Source: Phoronis australis (Eukaryota > Animalia > Phoronida). Taken from it: a DNA stretch of 64,000 nt. The stretch is from assembly GCA_002633005.1 (NCBI GenBank), contig NMRA01000427.1, positions 62,001 through 126,000 of the forward strand. Direction: 5' to 3'. The notes under the pieces are model-generated. The model did no database searches. It was not told the origin of the DNA and saw nothing but the letters and a program-made list of their open reading frames with translations. This document shows, piece by piece, positions 36,697-51,171 of the stretch. Positions within the stretch are counted from its first letter, which is position 1, and each line of letters begins with the position of its first letter. The position numbers were made by a program, and so were the translations under genes.

Positions 36697-36732
36697 TACA
36701 TGTACATGTACATGTACATGTACATGTACATG
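36697..36732. repeat. (TACATG)6 microsatellite
   Basis: Six perfect units of a self-complementary hexamer repeat. Confidence 0.97.
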
Positions 36733-38988
36733 CACAAACTGTCGCAATCCTGACATTGGGACAGTTTGTGCAGACTATCAAAGCACAAACTGTCGTAACT
36801 ATTAGACTATTTTATTATTATTGGAGCCTCCTTTTGTAGAAGCTCTAAATTCCAGATTTTTCTAGCTATGGGTAAAAACGGCCGAACCTGCATCACAGCC
36901 AACTGCGTTAGGTGCTGCAAAAAATGATTTATCGCCTGAGTTTTTATTTGGTAATTGACCTATCGCAAGCTCCCCCTTGTGAAAAGTGAGAGACACCGTG
37001 TTGTTTGTCTGCTAAAGTGGCAGCGTGGATACGCAGACAAAGGTGTGTCAAGAATGTTGCCTACTGATTGGTCAGTTAAGCCGTCAGTCAAAATCCTAGA
37101 TATAGGTCAATTGTGAAGTGGGAGCGTGGGGACCAAAATTCCTGAGAGTGACGCATATAATATTTCAATAGGTTATTAAAAAACATCAACGTAGGTCAAA
37201 TCCAAGCTTACAAATTTACACAACGATCGTGGATTCTACAAAAAAATTGCTTTGTTATGAATGCAACTTTGTCCCAATGATATTGTCAACAAGGTCACTT
37301 GTTTATCCAATGCTTTCTACCCTATTTAATTCACGGCGAATTTGAACTATTTCTGGTTCTGCATAACAACGTACATGTAGTTGCTCAGTGCCAGTTCATG
37401 CATTGTGAATGTGATGGGCGTCTATAACCTCCGGCTTCAGCTTGTTTCGCCGTTTACCTCTTTCTCAAGACAAGCGTAAATTGGCTTAATTGTTCCGACG
37501 ACACTCACGTCAACACGCGACAGGTTTTTCTCATCAATAAGCAATAAAACTTTTACTGAAGTCACTTAGTTTACAGATCACCAATAATACCTAAACTAAT
37601 TCCATGTAAGCCGTGCTCTTGTATTCAATTTTCCGAGCTCAGCTTGGTCATCGATTGACGATCAAATACGGTAAACCCTCACCATTTTCGCAAACGCATT
37701 GTCAGTCATGTTCATTTTGCTTTCATTTGCGAAAGCATTTATCGTTTTGACGTGATGTGTACCCCCAGTATTTAAAACATTAAATGTTGTCAAGATAAAC
37801 ATTAACATTCCAAAGTGGTATAGTATCAAATTGAAATTCATGAAAAAACGGAGGGTAGAATTTCACATATCAATCATCCTTATACCTGCTGGGATTTTAC
37901 CGTAGTGAAAAAAATTTCGACAGCAAGCAACGTCGAATAAAATACACGTAATAGAAAACAAGCAGGACGTTGTGTTTTCAATCGTTTTCGCATATAATAC
38001 TTTCGTCTTCTTCCTCTACAGTCGGTTTTACTCGCACTGATGTGAGTGCCTACTTCACAGAGCAGATGCGGTTGCATAACACACAGCACACACGCGGGAG
38101 CATACTACGCAGCACGCATAAATAAATAAGACTTATTCACGCATCTGTGTGCATCTGCGTTGCGCCGTCGGAACGATGGACTGACCGGCGACTGGCGTCA
38201 ATTGACCGTGAAACACTGATATTGAAGTCCACAGAGCCTGCGAAAGGTCTCGATCCAGATCAGGAAAATTATTGAAGTCAGTTTCTTATGTTATAAGAGT
38301 AGAAATGTTGTAACTGTTATGAATGCTGTTGCTACTGTCATTAGGGACGTCCGTGCGGAGCTGACACAGAACTCAGATAGACTATATCTGAGCACAGAAT
38401 AAGAACAGATAACATACCAGATATACTTACCATAACGTATCAGCTAAGTGGGCACTGGTGATTACAACGGTAAATCTCGAGTTAAGTCTGTTATATTGAA
38501 TATCGCTCTTGCAACACGCAGTAATTCATCTCAATGACGACGGCGCAGGGTTAGGACAATAAGAAGACGTCTTATAAATGCGCCCCAGGACGCGAAGCAA
38601 CGTAAATGCATGCTGAGTAGGAGTTTATCTCACTATATAACACGCTTCTTACATAACGTGTTTGGCAACGTTCAAGGAATTGTTTGGCAGACTAGTGATG
38701 TACGATACTTGTGATGAAACGTGTCTTGGATCAATGCACATGGGGACTTCCTGCTGCGGTAATCACATGTCGTGGCATGGCCCTGGCAATTTCTCCATTT
38801 TGACTTTCTAGGCTGCGGTTTTTGTAAACATAGCGTCCGTAAAGTGTGTCGACAGTGACGTCATGATCTTCGTTTTTAAACTCATGGCGCAATAAACTAT
38901 CACATCGACAAATTTTGTTTAACACAAGGGCTACCAAAAACAGCTAATCTATCAGCCAGCCTTTTCCATGTGATCTTTCACTGACCTA

Positions 38989-39137
38989 CCGGGTTCGGAT
39001 CCAGGATTTTGAGTTGGGGGCAGGGTAGAGTCCAGGATTTCCCCGTCAAACATTCGCACCCCCCCAACTGCTAAATGCAATCTGGGAGAATTTTAGGGGG
39101 GGCATGGCCCCCTAGGCCCCCTGTAAATCCGCCCCTG
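38989..39137. mobile_element. Short GC-rich MITE (CAGGGGCGGAT-type termini)
   Basis: Left CCGGGTTCGGATCCAGG, right CCTGTAAATCCGCCCCTG, internal GGGGGGGCATGGCCCCC; TSD not evident. Confidence 0.6.
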
Positions 39138-40689
39138 TCAACGCATGGGGATCAACTACATCGATAAGGTACCAAAATATTCCACCAAAGTCAACTGTAA
39201 ATGAAGCGAGAACGTTTTGTATTATGACTGAATGACTTATGAGTAAGCAGATAACTACTATCTGCAGAAATTTGGTTCATAGATTGATGGGGCTTTTTGC
39301 CACAAAGCGTTTGTTTTGAGCCTATTGACTCTCTGTTCTTAAGTTTTTTGATAGTGGCAACATCCGATATGCAGGGTTCAATGGAAATGGCGTGATGGTA
39401 ATAATGTTTGCAACGTTTATGGTACAAATAAAAGACATCACACATACACGGATACGCCTCTCAACGATTCAGTTTATCTGTGAACGTCTCAACGAGACCG
39501 AATGTTGAGACTGGAAATTCCTACACTTGAATTCAAAAAATGATATTGTAGCAATATTCGTATAATATGCACGTGCTAACCTATTTATCAATTATAAATC
39601 AACACTGAACCACTTGGTGTCGCTGTGATGTCTTGTGATCATTTGCTTTGTGTGTTGTCACAAATACACCATGTACCCCTGTATCACTTAGCGTACCTAC
39701 GCTGGTCAAGCGACATGATTTTTCGAGACAGTTATACGCTGGGTGCCCTGATCAGTTTCACTGAGGCTATATCTGCCTAGTTTTTCTTCCTTTTCATCGG
39801 TTGATGTCAAATCCCAAATGACCGGGTGCCCACAGCGCTACAGCCAGTACTGACACCCGTGTCTAGGAGTAGTTACCCCTACGCAGAGTCGTGGAAGATA
39901 GCTGAAAATGCCGCTGTGAAATTAGGAAAAAAAACGTGCCACCTTAAACAATATAGCAATAGAAGTTGCGGCTCTTATCTACCTTTTGAAAATTCAAATT
40001 TATGAAATTAAAATGACCTACGCTTCGTATACAGTGTCATTCAGCCGAATTTGGGGGGTCAAATGTTTCTACAAAATTACACACCATTTTTTGTTTTCAG
40101 TTGATAAAATCAAGTTATCTGATGTTATGTCAGTAGTAACAACACATAGTGAACGGCTACAGACGCTCGATTGTATAGTAGACACTTTTATTGGTGAAAA
40201 CAATACTTTGAATCAGGTGAGTGGATGTATACTCAAATTACTCAAAGTATCGATAAAAATAGAATTTAACAAGTCGATCAACAACGCACTATAAATACTG
40301 GATCGTCCATAAACTCCAATGGCATTTATGTTTTCCAAAAATGGAAGGTTCATTGAGAGCGGTAACGTAATTGGCATTTCTCGTGAAATCGTGACTCAAA
40401 AAGAATGTTATCAACTTAATTTTTGAAAAAATGTCCTAATCATTGAACAACAAATGCATCAACACAATAGCGGTCAATGCTTGATATCGTGTCAGGTGCC
40501 TATCTGCGCCTAGATGTCGGTGGTGTGCTACGTGTCACCCAAAGGCGAATGTACCGTTGGCGCGCACGCTCAGTAAAGTTTATCGACATTCCTTGGTGAC
40601 ATGAATTCTGAATAGGATGTCGTAGTATAGTAATAGTATATACGCGTGTGATATCCTATCGTCTTCGTTGTCACCATGGTAACGTCAGC

Positions 40690-40920
40690 ACCGTCTTCTC
40701 AAATGATTTTTAACCTCACCATCCTCGCCCACATCGCCATCATCAACATTGTAAACATTACGATCCCCACGTCATCGCCATGGATAATCGTTGTCACCTT
40801 CAACGTTATCACGTCATCATCACCGATATCATTACCACCATCTTCAACATCAACACAACCGTCATCACAATCACCATCGTCATCACAATTTTCACCATTA
40901 TCATCACCATCAACAGTCAT
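40690..40920. repeat. Degenerate (ATC)n trinucleotide repeat
   Basis: CATCAT/CACCAT/CATCGT runs; explains the overlapping S/P-, D- and I-rich ORFs. Confidence 0.9.
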
Positions 40921-43900
40921 CTTGAGGCAGGAGGAGATAAAAACGTCAGGACAAGAAAGGTTAAAACAATGAGTCAATGCCTGAACTCAGTTGTAAGCCG
41001 ATTGGTTACGATATAAATTTGTTGAAACTCGTACCATGTCGCTCCGACCGGGTCATTAAGAAGCTCAACTTGCCCAGCGGAGTCGTGATCAGTGACCCAG
41101 TGACAGTGCGACCATTCCATATATATTTGAATGCGCCGGCGGATCACTCCTGCAAGTACTTTCATAGAATAGAAAAGTCTAGCTTAATTCACTCATATGT
41201 TTCCTAATTTGTTTTTCTTTGACGTTACTCATACGTGCTCTGCACTCATGAACCTAATTGCAAATGTAGGCCCGGCTTCACAGGGTCAGTCTACCCAGTC
41301 AAACAGTGGCAGCAAAACAGTTTACAGATTTTCTAGTCTAACAACGTCACTCACCTTTCTTACGTAATTTGTTCACCATGCACCGGTATTGTGATCTAAT
41401 GTAAAGATCTTCCAAAGGGTCACTGAGCGTTTATCGTTGGACACTTGATAAAAGGCATTTACAGTATGGTTTTTCAAGTGTGTGTGTCGTCGTGTACAAA
41501 CGTTTATACAGTTGTACCCGCTAACTACATATAGTGAACGTGTAAACGAACAGGTTTTCCGAATAGGATTAAAGTTATCGATTTGCACTTCAGACGGAGC
41601 TGATTTTGTAAAGATACCGCAGGTTGTTCCTTTAATTAAAACAGACAATGAGTGATCTAGTATATTAAATTAAGAGATGTAAAGCATTTTGAGTAATGGG
41701 TTACACCAAAACTTTTGGCAATGTGTCAGACTAAAACTTTGGGGAGCAAGTCGGGCAGGTGGGGCTACAATAACCGCAAGAGCCACTTTTTAACTAAAGT
41801 CCTTATCCCATTTCAGACACTTGATTAATGTATGTTACATGTTATAAAGCTTCCAGCTTTTACAATCCAAATGCATGTTTGTCTGAGAACAATATGTCCG
41901 TCTCCGCTAAGGTACGACAACTTTCAACTAAAGGAATCACTCTGCTAATAAATTAGCGAAACAATCAGTGTAGCAAAAGTATTTTCTTCATCGCCCCGGC
42001 GTGAAACCGATGATCATTACAAAAAAGCTCAACGGCGTTCACTACTCGAATGGACGACGTGCGTTGTTATTCGCTAATCGCTCCTGAACGTGCCAAGTGC
42101 GGATTTCCGTGGACTTTTTCGCCTGCGTATTTCGTCAAGATGACACTGTACGTGTTCAGCTGATGGCTTCTGTATCATATGTTTAACACCGAAAGAAATC
42201 ATTGAAATCACGATCAATTTGTTTTATAACACATGGAGCGTTTTGTGACGCTCACATTGTTAGGTGAAGTAGATCTTACTTTTCAGATCATTTCATGTAG
42301 ATTAAGTTAATTGGGAGTAAGGTCAGTAGCGGATCTAGGGTACCATAAGGGAGTCTGACAGTTTGTATCGGGCCTCCTTGCTGTAATTGACTAAAAAAAT
42401 AAATAAAAAACGGGTACACGCTTCCTACACCTTGTTTCGGCTACTTCGTCATTACCAGGGTTAATTAGTAAACTCAATATTTCCTCACGCTCTTTCTTTC
42501 CTCCTGTTTTATTTTTGGCGGCAACGAGCGGGCCCCTNTTATTAGACTTCATCATACACTCTCCCCCTTGCTATCGGCATCATCTTGATCCCCCCTCCTT
42601 AATGTAAAAAGTACGATTTCAAACTGGAAAACCAAGGTATCGAAACAAAACAGGAAACAATAGAAGGACAATTAACTATTGTCGATTGCCAGAAAAGAAT
42701 CCATGTAGGAAAATTTCTTAAATATGTCTTCTGGAATTTAAAATTCCAGTGAATCAACTTACTCTACAAAACCTGTTCCAAGAAGTCAAATCCAGTATTG
42801 GTATAGTAGTTGACAATTGTCCCTTTTCAGGTAAATGTGAGCTTTGTTTACTAGGCTGTACTGATGTGCTATCTGTTAGCTGTAACCCCAATAGAGTATA
42901 TAATTTCTGAAAGGTGAACAAAATCCCTGTCAAAATATGATATTTACAATTTTTTCCTTTTTTTAATTCTCAAGAGACACGCGTGTTTCAGTAAAACATG
43001 TTACTTTTCACTCTTTGTACATAGATTTAAAAATATTGTTCTTCCGATCATATTGGTCTTTCGCAAGCATGTTGATAACGGCATTTTTGAGGGAACTATG
43101 TCTCAGATTTTTGAGGTAGGACTTTTTATTTTCTGATTTTTACATGTAGATCATTTTGAACAAAAACGGCAGTACTCTTGAATTTAATAGCTTCTGTCCA
43201 AAATACTAGGACATATATCGAGATTCTGAGTCTCGGCTCTCTTGACAAGGTATCAAATAGAAAGTATTCAAAATTTCACAGGAATCCGCTCAAGCATCAT
43301 CAATAAATCGATGTTCAAATTAGAACCGGCAATAACGCACAACGGTAATCGAGATATGCACACTTAGAAATCTTTTTTGTAAAATTTAATAAAAACGAAA
43401 GCTACATTCATAGCTAAACATCAGAATCAATGCAAGGGCAAATTTCATGTGATATAAATGTTAAAGTTAAAAATTCAAAAACTTTACCATGGTTTTCTTT
43501 TTTGTGTTATGAAACTTTAATTTGTTCATGAAACTCACATAAGTAGTATTTTTGATAGTACCTCATGTAAAAATGGATCACTTCAAAAACAATTCGTAAT
43601 AGTGATTTGAAGAACATTGAAAAAAACACACAGTACCTGAAAGTTTAATTTGAGTCCGACCATTCCTTATGAATACACTGTATATGATGTACTGAATTTC
43701 GCCTAAATTGGTACATGTATTTCTAGGGTCCTATATAACCGTGTAAGGTGAGTGTGTATGTTAACAGTAATATCAACAAAATTGCAGCTTTTAACTCAGT
43801 AAATGTAAATATTTTATGAAATTAGAAGCTTTTGCAATTAGAGTTATAAATGTATAACTTTAGTCACCTGACCATGTCCTTTTAGTGAAATTTAGCAAAA

Positions 43901-45139
43901 AAGGTACATTCAATGAAATCTCAACAAACCTGTAAGTTTGAGATACTCATCCGTTTTCGTGTCATGCAACTTTAATTGCCGCAAAAATCATAAAAAGTTC
44001 TACTTTTGATAATCATTTGTTAAAAAATGGAACATTTCATAAATAACTTAAAGCATTTTGGAGAACAGTGCAGAAAGCATAGTATCAAGTTCCATATCAA
44101 TCCTATCAGCCATTTATTCAATATGTGTTGCACATTTAGCCGAATTGTATTTTTCTAGGGTGCACCATAACTTAAATGAACCTTCCCTATAAAACCTGTG
44201 AAAATATCAACAACAACTTCAGCTGAAATCAAACTCGCTGGCTGAAATTACGTAGCCAACTAATGTGATTGGTCTAGACGTATTGTGAGACCTTGCATCA
44301 TTCGCAAGATTCTCCACTATATTAGTATAGGTGAAAGTATTTAACATGGAAATTACTCAGTCTAAGAAGTTTTTTTTTTCATTAGTAAGTTATTGGGACC
44401 CATTAAAGATTGGTGGTCGCCGCAGGCTCTGATTTACTAAATCTCAAATACATTTGAAGTGCGATACGTCGAGACAGGGAAATTAAAAGGCCACCAATGT
44501 GTCCAATCTATGTTCTACGTATCGTACCATTTTAGCACTTTACTAGTCACGAAACGTAATTCTACACGTCCAAAAATGAAACCAGAAAATCGGGTTAATT
44601 GTGAACCTTTTGAAACGTAAACAATAACTGCGTTGTTTCTGTGTTTACGAAAACACCTCTCCGCTACACTGTTGACCATTTGCACGCGCAGCATTGTATC
44701 AAGCTGCACTCGAGGTCAGAAGGTCATAATGGGAATGTAATGCGTCTGCTTAAAGCAAATATCAAAACCTAAATTGCTGTCAGTGCAACATTTTGCAACA
44801 AATTCATCTAGCTTGTACATGAATTCTACACCAGCAACGAGGAGTGTTGAAACGAGCTCACCTGAGTGCACAGCAAGCAATGTGCTTTTAGTGGTGTTTA
44901 TCAGTAGGATAAGCGGCCATTACATGACGCAGTAGGCCTATACTGTAAGTCAAACTCCTACGAAAATGGGAAGGGGTCGTCATCGTCTCCCGAAAAGAAA
45001 AAATACATGCTAGATTTAATGAAAGTCGGCTCAAGATCACAGAAGGGGAACGTGAAAAAACAAATTGTAATTAGAAGTCCAAACGGTAGCTGTCACATAA
45101 ATAGGAATACACTTGATTTGCAAGGGAGTCAAGGAGTTA

Positions 45140-46060
45140 TACAAACACCTCACTAGAGGGCACTACAATATTTGGACCAATCTTAACTCCACGCCAGTAG
45201 GAACACATTTGCTAGGTTTCTTAATAATCCTCAGAGCGGTTTGACATACATGTATACACTGTACAGATGCAGACTAGAAGAAAATAATCTAAAATAATTA
45301 AAATAGCCACAAAATGGCAACCAATTCAAAACGGAAAGATACTGCCGACTTAACAAGATATTGCTTTATAAATTTCATGAAAATGCGTTGAAAACCTCTG
45401 AAGGTACAAAGGTAAACATCAAACCAAAATCGTCGTATTGGCATTCCGAGACTTACGAAATTCAATGTCATCTTTGATATTCGCATCAAAAACGCATCTG
45501 ATAAATGTCATCGTGATCCTTTGAGCGCCATTTCTTTGGCGTCGGACGCCAAAGAAATGGCACAGAAACCGTCAGAAAATTAAAATCGTTTCCTTAATGG
45601 AAACCTACATGTATTTGCTAAATTTTACAATGGGCGATCAACGAACTCCGATGATACACAACTAAACGTGAAAAAATACTGCTAGGAGGTAAAGCAGCAG
45701 GCGGATTTTGGTCCGAAACTCGCCGCCGTTCATTGTTTGCTTCTTAGGATCGCTTCTCTTCAACTTTCCCTAGATTCTGTAAAAGCTTATGGAGCAAGTG
45801 CATAGAAACAAAATCATCACTAGGGAGCGCCACAGAAGTCAGACTCATTTTCAGAAATTCACCGACCGTCATCGCCCTCTCATCAGGAAGACAATGATTT
45901 GTCAACTTTCATATTTAATCATTATAAGAGTGATCTGGTGGACGGAGAGGCCGCGAACGCCAGAGACGGACTCAAAATTGTTTAAATTGACCACTAGGTG
46001 TCGCAGAATACGTTGCACAAAACCAAAATGAGAAGGTGTTGTCATCACTAGAAACCCAAA
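45140..46060 (+). repeat. Old degenerate copy of the CCACTAG-monomer tandem family seen at 59700-61045
   Basis: CACTAGAGGGCAC (45151), CACTAGGGAGCGC (45818), CCACTAGGTGTCGC (45991), AAATTTCATGAAAAT and ATCCTTTGAGCG blocks shared with the 60 kb array. Confidence 0.6.
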
Positions 46061-46088
46061 TGTTCACGGAACTCCATAAAGGACCTAG

Positions 46089-46513
46089 TGCCCGGTTGCA
46101 TGAAGCAGTCCCATATAGGGACTCAACAGAAATCCCTAAATCTACTGCCTATTTTGGACTAGGCTTGTGAAAACATCGATTGCCATTTTGGTATTGTTTT
46201 GGTTTCATTACTGCGTCAACTTTTGACTTTGATACAAATCGTGTGTTAACTCTTCGTTGAATTGTCAATATGATCGAAAATAATTAGGGGTCTTTTTATG
46301 AAATGTTCCAAATTAAGGATTGAGTCCCTATTTATTTTTTATGAACTCTGGGCTCAGTTCAAAGAAAATGTCATTAATCAACGAGGAGCTCATATAAAAG
46401 ATGAAATGATAGAAAAATATTGCATCTGTGATTAGATAAAAACACAGATACTCAAAAAAGACTTAGGGATCTTAGTCGAGTCCCTATTTAGGACCGTTCC
46501 ATGCAACCGGCCA
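46089..46513. mobile_element. MITE with ~40-bp imperfect TIRs, possibly PIF/Harbinger-derived
   Basis: Left TGCCCGGTTGCATGAAGCAGTCCCATATAGGGACTCAAC vs reverse complement of right TGGCCGGTTGCATGGAACGGTCCTAAATAGGGACTCGAC; an extra GAGTCCCTATTT at 46322. Confidence 0.75.
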
Positions 46514-47689
46514 CTGAAGATACAAAGGCAAACGTAAAATTTAAAATACCTACTAGTGGGCCCAGCCGTAGCCGGGTCAGTCCGAAAGTTGTCGTAGTCT
46601 ATTTATAGCTTCAAAGGAACACATTTATTAAATCTATTAAATCTTCTTACGATCCTGTTAGGGGTTTATGAGATGCTGCAGCGGACGTCTGTCGCTGCAC
46701 ACACACAGATGATGGCAACTTACATTCACACGCGTATACACATGTACATACGAGTTGTTGCGGACAAAAAGGCTATAATCTAATAGCGGTTTTTGGGAAG
46801 ACAGGAAGAGAACCGGACAGAACGCTTAAGGTTACATGCACATAGGACCATACTGAGAGGTGTGCGTATTCAGGCAAATATCTACAAAACTAATTCAACT
46901 CAGTATACTTAGAAAACCTTTATAATGTAATGTTTGACTCTTTACCGTTCTGACTTTAACTGGGTCTCATGATTATGTCCTTTCAGTAAAAGAAAAGTAA
47001 ATTGATGGTAAGACAACAATATCAGTAGCACAATCGCGGATGTAGCAAGTGAATATTAAATGTGAAATGTCAAAAGCACCATTTCAGTTTTCTAAAATAC
47101 ATGTTCATGTATCATTTCGTTTTCACTTTTATAATGTTCCGAAGGTACATGTATGTGTAGCTAGAGGCCATATCCTACCTTTACATCAGTTTAATACTAC
47201 AGCAAACAACCAAACACTCGCTCGAGACGCCAGCCAATTGATTTTGACTTGATTTTCTGCCTGAGCTTTAACATGTACATGTACGAAGGTGTTCATCAGG
47301 CGTTAGAGGTGTCGGGCTAATTGCATCGCAAAAGATTGACCGACTTCTGTAATCGTTCCAGAAATGTCAAGTGCTTCTCTAAAACAGGTGATGTCTTTAT
47401 TGTTAATTGTACAATTTAGGTTTATAACGAACAATTATTGATTTCCCACGCTTCTTCTCGCTTATGTTTTTTTTCTCACCATATTGTTTTCAACTTGTCT
47501 TTGTCTCATTTGCAACCGCAAAGCGCATTTTTGGGATCGTTGTTGCACGGGATGATCGCTTTGAAGTTGATACCTTCGTCTGGAACTACACGAGAATAAA
47601 ATCCGGTGTTTTGTGATTTTATAACAAGTCGTCAATTACCGCCGCTGTGTGTCAGACATTTTCTGAAATCAAGCTAAGGCTTGCGATTA

Positions 47690-47815
47690 ACAGCTTAGTG
47701 TGCTGAAATTATCGAGTGAGATTTAACATGGCTACCAGAGTGTTTGGTTGTGATCGTGAAAGTCCCCGGATTGAAACCTCGCTGGGGCTGTTCTCAGCAA
47801 ATAGATTTTTTTTAC
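47690..47815 (+). mobile_element. Possible degenerate tRNA-derived SINE head
   Basis: AGAGTG-TTTGG-TTGTGAT-CGTGA-AAGT-CCCCGG-ATTGAAA-CCTCG-CTGGGGC resembles anticodon and T arms, followed by a T run; stems are imperfect, so not a functional tRNA. Confidence 0.3.
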
Positions 47816-49157
47816 TATAATTGCCAGTTTAAAGAAATCCATTTACACTATCCAAGTCATATAGTGCCCTTCAAATGCCCATGTCAACTTTGACGTGTTT
47901 TCAAAAACATGGCATGGACCTCAGGTTACCCCGGTTTGGTATTCTACTTGCAATTTTTGTTCAGTACGCTGAGGTCCTCAAAAATGAGTCGACTTTGGCT
48001 AACAATGCCAAGGTTAACATGTATGGGAATGCTACTTTTGAGACAAGAATCAAACTTAATTACATTTGAACAACTACAAGCAGTAAAACGTCTATTTAGT
48101 GCAGAGTCTGCGACGTTCAGGCCAACCCAATTGAACGTAACTGAATGCATCAACATACGTATCAAGACTAAAAGCGTTTCTGAAAGTCAAAAGAATGTAA
48201 TCGCCATCAATTCTCAGACTGGTCAGAAAGTTAATTGTGGCCACATCCCGTGATCCAATGCTCCAAAAGGAACTCGCGCAGGCACTCTAGTAGTCCATAA
48301 TAATTATATCCATTAGGTTACATGGTGTGGCCACAGGCGGCGTGCTGACCAGACGTTGTTTGCAATCTACATTTCCACGCCGGATTAAGATTTATGAATT
48401 TATAAGTATATAATGTTGAGCTGATATTGTACAACTGAACACTTTTACTGAGGTAAGGGTGTTCGTTTTCGCACCTCAAACATTTGGTAAAGACCGACAC
48501 GACTTAGACGGCTGAGATCTATTGATAGAGTGACTCCCTCGCCGCCGCGGCTCTCGTACTGTATATTACATGTACTTTGGATTTTACGTGTGTTATACAT
48601 GTACAGCTTCAGCATAGCAGCGGTCAATGTGAATGTATGAGTGTTCAATATTACTTATTCGTGACTCCGAATTATTGGCCGCTGGTGGACTTGAATATAG
48701 AAATTTGTCCAAATCATATAATACATTTATCTATTACATAAAATGCAAAGTTCACACGAATTCNCCCCCCCCCCCCCCCTCTACTACAGACCTTCGTTAC
48801 GGCCATTGCGGCACCGTCTTTGCCCCACTTACACATTTGGCGCAGTTCTGAATTACCCACAAAACAAACTATTCAGTGAATTGTAAGTTTTCAAAAACAA
48901 AAAATTTGAAACTATACAATCGTAATGCTAAAGAATTTTATGAGAATATTACAAGAAATCCTGATACATGTAAATAAATAAAATAATATCAAAAACAATG
49001 AGTATCCATTGAGATGTTTAAATCTAGCGTTGCAATCACGTAACAATTTTAGGAACATTTGTTCATATTCAAGTAGTCACAGGACTTTAATAAAATACAA
49101 CAGATTTTTCGCCAAACATCCAACCACTAGTTCCTTTGATGGACAATAGGTGGGTCC

Positions 49158-51171
49158 AGTGTACGTGCGTATTCCACGTTTGCCCTTAAAATAAACGTGT
49201 CGGGCACCAATGGCAAACAAAATAACAAACGCAATAACCGCACTAACTTGATACGGTTGACAGTAACTGTAAAACGCTCGTTGCCGTTACATTTTCAAAA
49301 TAGGCACCTACTTCAAATTTCAGTACAGTTCATTATATGTTTTACAAGTTAATAGAAATTTATTGATTGTTTCTGTGTCTGATGATTTTTTTGTACAATT
49401 TCTATACAACTGCAGTTCAGGAGCACTTGAATGTGACGTGCAAAACAACACGCACGTCAAAACACAAGATGTCTACACTCATCCCTTAGCAAGGTTGCCC
49501 AAACAATGTGCTATAAGACATTTGGCACGTGATGTGACTTTTACCTAGTGCGACTGAAAACGCATTTGCGACAACGATATCAACCTCGCGTGGAGAACTG
49601 TCGACTTTTACCCAACTGTTAGTACGCGCGTGGATATTTGCATTAGTGCTAGCTACGTTCATGTATTGCACGACCCTGAATCGGTCTACTTACACGTTTT
49701 GGAGGGAGGTTTTAAACATGTTTTGTGATGCACTGTTTATCGGATTATCTTCTAGCTTCCGTCGCAAATGCCGAATACACACATGTATGATCAATAACAC
49801 CAAAGACCGAAACAACAGAATGCAATTTAAAAAGCGCCTCACTACATCACGTATGTGCCGTTGAACTTATACATTTTTGATATGGCGGCATAACCATTTT
49901 TAATGTTATACTTACTTAATATTGGAAAACAAATTTAAAAGTAATTCCGAGAATTCCATGCAAAATTAGGAAGTTGATGTTAAGAAAGAGAGGCAATTAA
50001 AATATACGCACCATTCCCTTTACCTACGACAGTCATAATGTTGCATCATTTTAATGTTTTATCATTTTAAATACATGTTTACCAGTGCCCCATGTCACAA
50101 TGGTATTTGAAAAAGACTCGTTCCTTGATACTATCAGCGAACGTGCCTTTCCATCGCCGAAAAGNAGTGTACGTGCGTATTCCACGTTTGCCCTTAAAAT
50201 AAACGTGTCGGGCACCAATGGCAAACAAAATAAAAAACGCAATAACCGCACTAACTTGATACGGTTGACAGTAACTGTAAAACGCTCGTTGCCGTTACAT
50301 TTTCAAAATAGCCACCTTCTTCAAATTTCAGTACAGTTCATTATGTGCTTTACAAGTTAATAGAAATTTATTGATCATTTCTGTGTCTGATGATTTTTTT
50401 GTACAATTTCTATACAACTGCAGTTCAGGAGCACTTGAATGTGGCGTGCAAAACAACACGCACGTCAAAACACAAGATGTCTACACTCATCCCTCAGCAA
50501 GGTTGCCCAAACAGTGTGCTATAAGACATTTGGCACGTGATGTGACTTTTACCTAGTGCGACTGAAAACGCATTTGCGACAACGATATCAACCTCGCGTG
50601 GAGAACTGTCGACTTTTACCCAACTGTTAGTACGCGCGTGCATATTTGTATTAGTGCTAGCTACATTCATGTATTGCACGACCCTGGTCGGTCTACTTAC
50701 ACGTTTTGGAGGGAGGTTTTAAACATGTTTTGTGATGCACTGTTTATCGGATTATCTTCTAGCTTCCGTCGCAAATGCCGAATACACACATGTATGATCA
50801 ATAACACCAAAGACCGAAACAACAGAATGCAATTTAAAAAGCGCCTCACTACATCACGTATGTGCCGTTGAACTTATACATTTTTGATATGGCGGCATAA
50901 CCATTTTTAATGTTATACTTACTTAATATTGGAAAACAAATTCAAAAGTAATTCCGAGAATTCCATGCAAAATTAGGAAGTTGATGTTAAGAAAGAGAGG
51001 CAATTAAAATATACGCACCATTCCCTTTACCTACGACAGTCATAATGTTGCATCATTTTAATGTTTTATCATTTTAAATACATGTTTACCAGTGCCCCAT
51101 GTCACAATGGTATTTGAAAAAGACTCGTTCCTTGATACTATCAGCGAACGTGCCTTTCCATCGCCGAAAAG
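49158..51171 (+). repeat. ~1007-bp direct tandem duplication joined by a single N (likely haplotype overlap in the assembly)
   Basis: 49158-50164 and 50166-51171 differ only by scattered substitutions; N at 50165 lies exactly at the junction. Confidence 0.93.

Noticed and set aside
36581-36781. Cys-rich CTCTCTC ORF resembling a metallothionein
   Set aside because: Produced by the (TACATG)6 repeat.
40676-41016. Overlapping low-complexity ORFs (S/P-rich, D-rich, I-rich)
   Set aside because: Translations of a degenerate (ATC)n repeat.
41035-41150. Possible minus-strand exon (TTGCAG|...|GTACGA)
   Set aside because: Weak pyrimidine tract, no recognisable protein, no supporting neighbouring exons.
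49158-51171. 1-kb tandem duplication as a real recent segmental duplication
   Set aside because: The junction is exactly one N and the copies differ only by scattered substitutions, which is typical of two overlapping haplotype contig ends. Read depth or long reads would settle it.
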